A stretch of DNA of 19,177 nt from Pseudobdellovibrionaceae bacterium (lineage in GTDB: Bacteria > Bdellovibrionota > Bdellovibrionia > Bdellovibrionales > Bdellovibrionaceae). The stretch spans positions 1 through 19,177 of the forward strand of contig JBGGMM010000027.1 of the NCBI GenBank assembly GCA_041288045.1, in the 5' to 3' direction. Positions 8,301 to 15,218 of this stretch are shown here, piece by piece (the stretch's first letter is position 1; every line of letters begins with the position of its first letter). The notes beneath the pieces were generated by a model that saw nothing but the letters and a program-made list of their open reading frames with translations, had not been told where the DNA came from and did not search any database. The position numbers were made by a program, and so were the translations under genes.

Positions 8301-10656
8301 CGGTGATCCCTTTGTCACTGTTCGCTCCAAGCTCTTAGGCATTTACTGTCAGCAATTTGCCGGAGAGTGGACGGAAGCCCGCAAGAACATTGCTGAAGTT
8401 TTACAAAATCAAAGCCGTTATTTAGAGGGCAACGATTTTATGAATGCCACTTATGGCGGCACCAGTTGCATGACCATGCTCTCAGGACATCAGAATGAAA
8501 GTCTCAGAGCCATGGAAAAGGCCATCGATTTTCTGGGACGAGTGGAGCCCGATGAAGAGCGAAGGCAGGGCCACCCGTTTCTGAGCACACTTTTACAGAT
8601 CTATCCTGGTTTTGGTCGATTGGCCGAAGCCTCGATCTACCTGAAAGCAATTCAAAAAATTGTCCAATCCTCTCCAGATGATATTTGCGGAGGCCTTGGA
8701 TTCAACGGCTCTTTGCTTGGTTTTTACTATGAGACTAAGGAAACCAGCCACCTCATCGATGAAGCCATTGAAAGAGGTCAAAAAATCACTCCAGTGCATC
8801 CACCACTTTGCATGCCCCATTTTAAATTTTTCTACGTTTTTGCTGCCTATGCGAGATTCAATCAGTATTTTCTGGCCAGCACGGAATCCGAAAAACAAAT
8901 CGCCTATCAAAAACTGATTCTGCAGTGGAAAGAGCTTCGCTATGCTGGTCGAATGCCCAGCTGGACGCCGATTCGAGCTCACGCACTGGTGATCGAAGGC
9001 ATCATTGCCAGTATTGCTGGCAATGGGAAAAAAGCTCACTGGGCTTTTTCAAAAGCTCTTCTCTGGGCTGAAAAACATGATCTACCCCTGGTGCAATATG
9101 AAGTCTATCGTCACAAAGCTCATCTGCTGCAAAGCCAAGCCCATCAGGAACAGGCACTTCTTTCTGCCCAGCTCGCATTGAAAATCGCTCTTCAATACAA
9201 TTGGCAGCAAAAAATCACATGGATTCAACAAGAGTTTGGAATCGAGCCCCAGTCATTCAACTCTTCCCAAGAGCCGACAAACGGATTGTCTTTGAGCAGC
9301 TCACACGTTTCAAACACTTCCTTGGGGCGAAACCTTAGACGGGATCAGCAATTGAGCAGTTTGATTCAGATTTGCATGCACTCAATCGGACTGACTGACG
9401 TCAAGGATCAAGCTCGGCAACTTCTGGATGATATCATCGAATTCTTTGGCGCTGACCGTGGCTTTATTTTCTTGAACCCAAATGCGGACATTCAAAAAAG
9501 TGAATTTCTGTTGGGCCGAACGATGAATCAGGGCGAGCTTTTACAAGCCGAAAATTTTAGCACAAAAGCCATCAGCCGAGCTTATGAATTAAAAGCTCCT
9601 TTTATTCTCAACCATGATAACACCGACAATCCTGATACTTCAGAAAGTGTCATTTCCTTTCAGCTTCGAAGTATTTTGGTCGCACCTCTGATTTTTCGGG
9701 AACAAGTGGTAGGTTTGATTTACTTGGATAATAAAGTGGTCAAGGGACTTTTCCAGGAAAGAGATAAGCTTTTTATTTCATCTGCCGCCAATATCTTGGC
9801 CGCTGCCATCGAAGCTGCCCGCAGCGTGAAAGTTGAGCTTGAGAAAAAAGATCTTGAAAGAGATTTGCAGCTCACTGGCGCTGTTCAAGGTCTTCTGCTT
9901 CCGCAGGAGAGTCATTTTCAATCCGGGTCCTGCCAGGTCAGCGGTTATTTCAAATCAGCCGCTCAAGCAGGAGGAGATTGGTGGTGGTCCGAGACCCTGC
10001 CAGATGGCTCTTTGCTGGTCTTTTTAGGAGATGTGACTGGACATGGGGCCGCCAGCGCCATGGTGACAGCGATTGTCGCTGGCATCTATTACACGGTTCG
10101 AAACACCCTTCTCACTGAAGAGGTCTTTCAAAAACAGCCAAAAGATTTTGATCCACTTTCAGCGATCGAACAGTTTTTGTATTTAGCAGATCAAAACCTC
10201 AGTTCGCATGTTGAAGGACAGTTTTTCATGGCCTATACGGCCCTTCATTTGAGCACGACCAACGAATTAACCCTTTGGGGAGCCGGCTCCCCGCCGGTGA
10301 TTTGTGTCACCGAAGAGGAAGTGTCGCCAGAAAACATCATTTGCTATGGCCATCTTTTGGGCTCTGGCAAAGTGGGAGAGAATCAGAGACTCACTAAAAG
10401 CACATTTAGGGGTCGTTTGCTGCTTTATTCGGACGGTTTGCTCGAAGTTCCCGTGAGCGCCAATCGACTTTTCAGTGAAAACAGCTTGGCTCGGATGACA
10501 TCTTCAAGAAAAGACCAGGAACTTTTGGTTTTTCAAAAAGAAGTGGCTTCCAAGGTCGAGGAAAATTTAAAAATCAGTGCTTTGAAAGATGACGTGAGTT
10601 TCGTTATGATTGACAATAGAAACATTCAAATCATTAGCCAAAAGAAAGTATCATGA
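5392..10656 (+). CDS. Multidomain signalling protein: Hanks-type Ser/Thr kinase + STAND-type (AAA_16-like) ATPase + helical/TPR-like region + GAF + SpoIIE/RsbU-type PP2C phosphatase
   Basis: Kinase: LGEGRQSYV, LAVK, HRDIKSKN, DFG, GTFLYSSPEQ, DLYSFG. ATPase: Walker A GNSGMGKT (6445-6468), Walker B LFIDDVQWLD, GGNP motif. GAF: LRSILVAPLIFREQVVGLIYLDN. PP2C: AGGDWW, GDVTGHG, YSDGL, DDVSF. Alternative start ATG 5446 with GGGAG upstream. Confidence 0.93.
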   Translation: MNSVLKLFFRKEFGSFAHMSIAASQKSRPSISIPDVEILSLLGEGRQSYVYKARKGSQLLAVKIQKIRDPNLQKSEAIHFKREAAFLSSLRDPGLPEIFDVGEINDTAFFIEQYIEGTNLRQILDRKQMPASQIVSLAKELSRVFVKIHRHGLVHRDIKSKNILIDSSGKPYLIDFGLAQRADPKKTTEEMSGTFLYSSPEQAGVIDRAIDARSDLYSFGVVLFECATGQVPFQSTNLAELVKMHATQKPKCIRESRPDLPLALDAIIQKLLAKDPDDRYPSAESLLLDLENFSEIERDLSNGQSFVLGTEDPLEVFHDSGHLVGRREELSQILKSWERVQTQGGTVLMVEGNSGMGKTRLIRELMKVAQAEGALILNGKCSQGGNPLPFSPLREAVESYLYRSKKFSPTEKNESDLRFLAAVGENASLLKNLTPKLKELLADKAGSEASTHASLDQFYSVLVDFLLALPREFGKVVLFIDDVQWLDDATRTIFTYLQDRLAQSKMLIVCTSRNEQESSQGLETFKKEVKKILSAQFSLKAFSDKETEELISLQLGGQKISQELVQQIQTRSGGNPFAVGEFVRSLMDAGFLTPSWGTWKLDQAGLQQTELSQNVIDLVLKRAASLNSQTKSLLSTAGLWGPKFPISVMAEICELTPKAKAICIAEALQAHLIEPTNHSDEFSFIHDRVQEAFAASLSPEQKTKIHQQMAECLERQRSSDDEYVYELADHYRLGLTAKNPQRVFETHVQAGKKALSEFAADEAFHYFLRAQDFALEKNLPMNLEFKNLRAESCVLIGRYAEALQLLHEILENSKEPIARAKVHNRLARLYQFRREIKKSWSHALEGLDELGLRKKGRPIRNALRILFDIFRGVLMDQLSIHLKPARGEMLEKHQISTELYEVGGVTAYFLNDPIKFLSVMPPSIYPAMRIGISKELAIAYAAFSGGLGVLGFKKLAQQYVKKSLAVATQIGDPFVTVRSKLLGIYCQQFAGEWTEARKNIAEVLQNQSRYLEGNDFMNATYGGTSCMTMLSGHQNESLRAMEKAIDFLGRVEPDEERRQGHPFLSTLLQIYPGFGRLAEASIYLKAIQKIVQSSPDDICGGLGFNGSLLGFYYETKETSHLIDEAIERGQKITPVHPPLCMPHFKFFYVFAAYARFNQYFLASTESEKQIAYQKLILQWKELRYAGRMPSWTPIRAHALVIEGIIASIAGNGKKAHWAFSKALLWAEKHDLPLVQYEVYRHKAHLLQSQAHQEQALLSAQLALKIALQYNWQQKITWIQQEFGIEPQSFNSSQEPTNGLSLSSSHVSNTSLGRNLRRDQQLSSLIQICMHSIGLTDVKDQARQLLDDIIEFFGADRGFIFLNPNADIQKSEFLLGRTMNQGELLQAENFSTKAISRAYELKAPFILNHDNTDNPDTSESVISFQLRSILVAPLIFREQVVGLIYLDNKVVKGLFQERDKLFISSAANILAAAIEAARSVKVELEKKDLERDLQLTGAVQGLLLPQESHFQSGSCQVSGYFKSAAQAGGDWWWSETLPDGSLLVFLGDVTGHGAASAMVTAIVAGIYYTVRNTLLTEEVFQKQPKDFDPLSAIEQFLYLADQNLSSHVEGQFFMAYTALHLSTTNELTLWGAGSPPVICVTEEEVSPENIICYGHLLGSGKVGENQRLTKSTFRGRLLLYSDGLLEVPVSANRLFSENSLARMTSSRKDQELLVFQKEVASKVEENLKISALKDDVSFVMIDNRNIQIISQKKVS

Positions 10657-11516
10657 GGCCAGTTCAAATGATTCCCAGTTTAGAAATTTTCGAGCTTACA
10701 ACGGCAGATGACCCCTCGAATTTAAATACAACAGCCCCGATCGTGGTCTGTGATTCACTGGGTTCCGAGTACGTACTTTCGCTTTTTTCTCGTTCCAAAA
10801 TTCAGCACATCATCCAAAAATCCAATCTCAATCACCAATCTGAAATTCAGATTTCAGCGACGATGCTGCAGTCACCAGATCAATTTCGCCAGTTTCCTCT
10901 CTCGACAATTCTCGGTGTTCACAATCCGACTTCTGATTCCGAAGCTCAATTGGCCGAAGTCAACCACCAGCTCTCGCATCCGGACGAAAAATCTTTGGTG
11001 CTGGATCAAATTGAAAAGTGGGTGGCTGAATCCAATCACCAAAGATCCATTGCCAATGATGTTCGCTTGATCGCCGATGAACTGATTTCCAATTCGATTT
11101 TCAATGCACCCTATGTTGATTTTGAAAATTCTTTTTCAGGTCCCACTCGAGATAAAAATAAAATCTCGATTGATCCGGCAAAAAAACCTCGGGTTTTCAT
11201 CGGCCGTGATCACGACCGCTTGATCGTCGGCTGCCAGGATTTTTATGGAACTCTGAATGTCAACCGAGTGATTGAGCGCATCCGCATCTGCTATGAGTCT
11301 AATCCCGGGCAAGTGATGAATTTTGGGACCGGAGGCGCAGGCATTGGCTCGTTCATGGTCTTTGATTCTTGCTCAAGTCTCTACATCGCTGTGGAAGTTG
11401 GCGTTTCGACGACGATCTGCTGTGCTCTCCCTTTGAAAATGTCGGCAGTTCGCCGCAAGAAAATCCCGAAGAATCTGCATATCTCATCTGAGGAGTCCAA
11501 ATGGAAGCAAAAGTAA
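10653..11516 (+). CDS. RsbW/SpoIIAB-like GHKL ATPase (putative Ser kinase/anti-sigma), copy 2
   Basis: IADELISNSIFNAP, GCQDFYGTL, GAGIGSFMV; C-terminal PKNLHI matches PNKHFHL of copy 1; ATGA overlap with the upstream stop. Confidence 0.78.
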   Translation: MRPVQMIPSLEIFELTTADDPSNLNTTAPIVVCDSLGSEYVLSLFSRSKIQHIIQKSNLNHQSEIQISATMLQSPDQFRQFPLSTILGVHNPTSDSEAQLAEVNHQLSHPDEKSLVLDQIEKWVAESNHQRSIANDVRLIADELISNSIFNAPYVDFENSFSGPTRDKNKISIDPAKKPRVFIGRDHDRLIVGCQDFYGTLNVNRVIERIRICYESNPGQVMNFGTGGAGIGSFMVFDSCSSLYIAVEVGVSTTICCALPLKMSAVRRKKIPKNLHISSEESKWKQK

Positions 11517-11995
11517 TCTCCACGCTTCAAGATCTCAATCTCAATGTTTCCATCAAGGGTCAAATCACAGCCGAATCGGATCTACCCACTCTTCAACAGA
11601 TGCCTATTGAAAAATTGGTTTTCAATGTCGAAGGAATTGAATACATCAATTCTGGCGGAGTGAGAAAATGGATTCTCTGGATGGAACAAGCCAAAAGTCT
11701 TTTTCCTCAGGCCACCTTTCGCTTTGAGGGAGTGCCTTCAGTTTTGATCAAGCAAGCGGCCACCATTCAAAATTTTCTACCGCCCGGATCCTCCATTGAC
11801 TCTTTCACAGTCCCCTACTTTTGCGAAAGCTGCTCCACCAGCTGCGAAAAAACCTTTCGCAAAGGTCAAGACTTCAAGCTCCCCGTCGACCGCCAAGCCT
11901 TTATTAAAATCCTCACAAGCGCCACTTGCCCCACCTGCAAAGGCCCACTTGAAATCGACGCTATCCCGGAACACTACGTGCTCTCGATCAACTAA
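11501..11995 (+). CDS. STAS-like protein with C-terminal CxxC...CxxC putative zinc ribbon, copy 2
   Basis: VSIKGQIT...VEGIEYINSGGVRKW (Ser51 in the STAS phospho-loop position); CESC at 11822 and CPTC at 11927; GAGGAG SD inside the upstream gene. Confidence 0.78.
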   Translation: MEAKVISTLQDLNLNVSIKGQITAESDLPTLQQMPIEKLVFNVEGIEYINSGGVRKWILWMEQAKSLFPQATFRFEGVPSVLIKQAATIQNFLPPGSSIDSFTVPYFCESCSTSCEKTFRKGQDFKLPVDRQAFIKILTSATCPTCKGPLEIDAIPEHYVLSIN

Positions 11996-12249
11996 GGCAC
12001 GGGCCGCCTTGCAATCCCGTATCTCGGGGAGGCACCGCAGTTAAGAAATATTCAAAAAAACTATTTGACTTGGTTTTTGACTTTCTAATTTTCGATTAGA
12101 GAGCAGATTTTCGTGATTTTGGATTTTCTAAAATTTTCTTTGTGATCACTCGGGGGCGAAGGTCTTATGGCTTTTACGATTTCATTTTCTAGACACTCTC
12201 TTGCTCTTTGAAAAAGCTCTCAAAAAACTCATGTTAGAACTCTTTCACT

Positions 12250-12753
12250 ATGAAACAAAAAATCGACTCCAAAATAAAAAACATGAAATCATTCGGTGGT
12301 GAGCTTCTGAAGGGAAAAAGAAAAGCAAAAAGGCCGCTTTCTACCAAGCAGCCATTGCATCTGATCTTGAAAGCCTGTGAGAAATTAGTTTTTCCTCCAG
12401 GTAATCTCTCTTTGGAAAAACTCATTCACAATCAGGCTCGGAAATTTAATGTGAAAATTTATGAGCTTGCCATCAATTGGAGCCACATTCATACGATCAT
12501 CAAGATCAAAGAGCGAGAGAACTACAACCAGTTCATTCGCTCTCTTTGCTCAATTCTGGCTGCAAAAGTCAGGGCGAAAAAACCTCACTTGAAAACTCTT
12601 TTCACCCTTCGCCCCTTTACTCGCATCATTTCATGGGGTCGGGACTTTAAATCTTTGTTGAATTACCTCATCATCAATCAAATGGAAGCTCGAGGTCTGA
12701 TGTCTAGACCGAAAAAGAAATCTCGAGCGCGAACTTCCTTACAAATAATATAA
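12250..12753 (+). mobile_element. Y1 HUH transposase (IS200/IS605 TnpA or REP-associated tyrosine transposase-like), 167 aa
   Basis: HLIL strand, HUH motif SHIHTII, C-terminal helix LLNYLIIN carrying the candidate catalytic Tyr; very basic; no tnpB adjacent. Confidence 0.75.
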
Positions 12754-12783
12754 ATATCCGTCCGTGGTCGCATTCACCATTAT

Positions 12784-13221
12784 TTATGAAGCGAACTCCT
12801 TCAAGAACTCTCCGTAGCCTTCTTTTTCCAGATCCTCTTTAGGGATGAATCGCAGGGCCGCCGAGTTCATGCAGTAGCGAAGACCGCTTGGCGCTGGGCC
12901 ATCGTTAAATAAGTGTCCCAGGTGGCAATTGCCTTTTTTGCTTCGCACTTCGGTTCTGGACATCGAGAATTTTTGGTCGTTTTTTTCGACGAGGTTTTCT
13001 TTTTTTAATGGCTTGGTGAAACTGGGCCAACCTGTTCCGGATTCGAATTTATCTTTTGAACTGAAAAGCGGTTCGCCTGAAATCAAATCCACATAAATGC
13101 CTTCGCGGTGGTTGTCCCAGTACAGATTGCGAAATGGCGGCTCAGTTCCATCTCTCTGAGTGACTTCGAATTGCAAATCTGTGAGCCCTGATGCTGAATG
13201 TGATTTTTCATCCTTGTTCAT
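12784..13221 (-). CDS. msrB: Peptide-methionine (R)-S-oxide reductase MsrB
   Basis: [38 protein letters not shown] motifs; AGGAGG SD before ATG 13221. Confidence 0.97.
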   Translation of the reverse strand: MNKDEKSHSASGLTDLQFEVTQRDGTEPPFRNLYWDNHREGIYVDLISGEPLFSSKDKFESGTGWPSFTKPLKKENLVEKNDQKFSMSRTEVRSKKGNCHLGHLFNDGPAPSGLRYCMNSAALRFIPKEDLEKEGYGEFLKEFAS

Positions 13222-13307
13222 TGGCAAATCCTCCTGCACTGATGATTTTAGCAAAGGTGATGCCGAAATGAATTTTCCTTGAAAGCTTTTCCTGTTATTG
13301 AGAATTC

Positions 13308-13625
13308 ATGAGCTTAAAAAATTACTTCACATCATTAAAGCAAAAACTTGAAAACTCTGACGTGATTCAAAATGATGGTAAAGATGAAAATGGTTTTTAC
13401 CTACCCACAAGAACTGTCTTGCTTCGTCATTTGCAGCTTCTCACAGATTTACACGACAAGCCCCTGGCTCAGGACCGCGTTCGAGATTCGTGGAATTTTG
13501 TCATTCAACACATTCCGCCGGAGTGGTTGGTTTTGACTGAATCGCAAAAAACGGAACTGCAAAAAATTTTGAAACCGAAAACTCAATCTTCCGATTCAGA
13601 AACTGATTCTGATTCCGATTCTTGA
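13308..13625 (+). CDS. Hypothetical cytoplasmic protein (105 aa)
   Basis: ATG-initiated ORF divergent from msrB with plausible helical composition; Ser/Asp tail. Confidence 0.75.
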   Translation: MSLKNYFTSLKQKLENSDVIQNDGKDENGFYLPTRTVLLRHLQLLTDLHDKPLAQDRVRDSWNFVIQHIPPEWLVLTESQKTELQKILKPKTQSSDSETDSDSDS

Positions 13626-13816
13626 TCTGCCGCATTGCCCTCTTTCAAAGACTCTGAATGCTTTCGGAATTTTTCATTCTCGAGAATTTTTTGATTGAGA
13701 CTGGCCTGAAGAAATTGAATTTTTTCTTTGAGTCGACTGCGCTCTTCGGCATTTGAATCTGCCGACGCGACTGACTTTAAATTCTGAGATTTGGAATCTT
13801 TTGATTGAGAGCCCAT
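13583..13816 (-). CDS. Hypothetical small coiled-coil protein (77 aa)
   Basis: Coiled-coil-like EERSRLKEKIQFLQASLNQKILENEKF; candidate promoter immediately upstream; overlaps the convergent gene by 43 nt. Confidence 0.5.
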   Translation of the reverse strand: MGSQSKDSKSQNLKSVASADSNAEERSRLKEKIQFLQASLNQKILENEKFRKHSESLKEGNAADQESESESVSESED

Positions 13817-13827
13817 ACCTTAGTTTT

Positions 13828-13857
13828 AGGTTAAGATATGCTAGCACTCCTTGTCAA
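13828..13857 (-). promoter_or_regulatory. Candidate sigma70-type promoter for the 77-aa ORF
   Basis: On the minus strand TTGACA (13857-13852), 18 nt spacer, TAACCT (13833-13828). Confidence 0.45.
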
Positions 13858-14339
13858 ATTTCTTTTGTTTTTTGTCGGCAAAATTTCCTGAGAGAAGATA
13901 ACAATTGAAAACTGCTGAGGGGCTTTGAAATAAAATCATCGAAGCCAGTTTCAAATGCCAATTTTCGCACCACCTGCTGGCAATCCGCTGTCACAGCAAT
14001 GATGGGTTTTTTATAACCTTTGTGTCTGAGGTGCGCAGCTGCGGTGATTCCATCCAAAACCGGCATGTGTAGATCCATGAGGACAGCATCAAAATCCCCA
14101 CGCAGCGCCTTGTCGATAGCTTCCAGACCATTGATGGCAAACTCGACCTGCGCTCCTGTCTTTTGCAAAAAGAGACTTTCCAGAGTGCGATTGTCCTGAA
14201 TGTCATCGACAACCAAAAACCGGCTCCCATTGAAGTTGGATGTGTCCTTTTGTCTGATCTCGGCCAATCTGCCTCCTGAATCGTTCCAAGCTGCCCGAGA
14301 GAGGCGATGAGCCGCGCCAGGAACCAGCTTCGCTTTCAC
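13854..14339 (-). CDS. Stand-alone response regulator receiver-domain protein
   Basis: LVVDD, LMDLHMPVLDG (phosphoacceptor Asp), PIIAVTA, FISKP; true start uncertain. Confidence 0.9.
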   Translation of the reverse strand: MKAKLVPGAAHRLSRAAWNDSGGRLAEIRQKDTSNFNGSRFLVVDDIQDNRTLESLFLQKTGAQVEFAINGLEAIDKALRGDFDAVLMDLHMPVLDGITAAAHLRHKGYKKPIIAVTADCQQVVRKLAFETGFDDFISKPLSSFQLLSSLRKFCRQKTKEI

Positions 14340-14465
14340 TTAGCGAAGCTCGTGCCGAAATGAGCCTATGACTGTAAGGGCTACAAGAAAGGAGTTCAAA
14401 AGTTGACGGACCTCGATTGGCAAAGCTATGGGAAACATTCTTTATCACTTTGAAGGAGGCCCTTT

Positions 14466-14786
14466 ATGAAAAATTTATTCTTCATCTTCACATTGCTCTT
14501 AGGCTTGAGCTTTTTCTCAGTGGCACATGCAGATTATGCCACCACTCCTCAGCCAGTTCCCCAGCCACAACCTCTGCATTATGGAGCCTACCCTTATCCA
14601 GCTCCCGCTCCTTATCCTGTGTTCCCAGTTCCTGCTGCGCACGTGACATGCTTTGCCCAAGGATTGGCCAATGGAGCTTTGTACTATGGAGTTGGTTACA
14701 ACATTTACGCAGCCAACCAATGGGCCCTCTATGCCTGCAACTCCAGTGGGCAGTATTGCCAGCTCGTCGGCTGTCGCTATTATTAA
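14466..14786 (+). CDS. Small secreted Pro/Tyr-rich protein with a four-Cys C-terminal domain
   Basis: AGGAGG SD; signal peptide ending VAHA; PQPVPQPQP and YPYPAPAPYP linker; C...ALYAC...C...C domain. Confidence 0.85.
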   Translation: MKNLFFIFTLLLGLSFFSVAHADYATTPQPVPQPQPLHYGAYPYPAPAPYPVFPVPAAHVTCFAQGLANGALYYGVGYNIYAANQWALYACNSSGQYCQLVGCRYY

Positions 14787-14787
14787 T

Positions 14788-14817
14788 TTGAAGACGCAGC
14801 CCTGAATTCGCTATAGT
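14788..14817 (+). promoter_or_regulatory. Candidate sigma70-type promoter for the receiver/MFS genes
   Basis: TTGAAG (14788-14793), 18 nt spacer, TATAGT (14812-14817). Confidence 0.45.
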
Positions 14818-14823
14818 GGAGTG

Positions 14824-15207
14824 ATGTCGCCAGGAAAACTCCGTCACTCCATTCTTATCGTCGACGACGATCTGCTTTTACTTGAAACCGTTGTTGAACT
14901 TTTTCAAGGTGAAGGCTGGACCGTTTATCAAGCTAGCACCGTGAAAGAGGCCATGCGGATTTTGAAAGAAATCACAGTGGATGTGATTTTATCAGATATT
15001 CGCATGCCCACAGAAGGTGGCTTTGAATTGGCGACACAGACTCGAGACCTTCGAGCTGAAAATAAAAATGTCCATCTTTTTTTCATGACCGGTTTTACCG
15101 ATTATCCAGAATCTGTGCTTCTCTCGCTAGGAGCTCGGGGAATCATTTACAAACCTTTTCACCCGGGTGAGCTGCTAGAAAAAATCACCGGGGTTCTCAA
15201 AAAATAA
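14824..15207 (+). CDS. CheY-like single-domain response regulator
   Basis: ILIVDDD, ILSDIRMPTEGG, FMTG, IYKPF; start is ATG 14824 or GTG 14821. Confidence 0.92.
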   Translation: MSPGKLRHSILIVDDDLLLLETVVELFQGEGWTVYQASTVKEAMRILKEITVDVILSDIRMPTEGGFELATQTRDLRAENKNVHLFFMTGFTDYPESVLLSLGARGIIYKPFHPGELLEKITGVLKK

Positions 15208-15218
15208 AAGGCCCCCTC

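Noticed and set aside
5506..10027. Many short alternative-frame and antisense ORFs inside the hub gene, and likewise inside other long genes
   Set aside because: Fully nested in well-supported CDSs with no motifs or SD; treated as shadow ORFs
5392..10656. Hub as an antiviral STAND (Avs-type) defence protein
   Set aside because: No nuclease, TIR, SIR2 or protease effector; the GAF-PP2C output and neighbours indicate signalling. A defence role cannot be excluded but has no support here
11996..12013. GGCAC...TTGC resembling a sigma54 promoter
   Set aside because: The GG-to-GC spacing is 3 nt longer than the strict -24/-12 requirement
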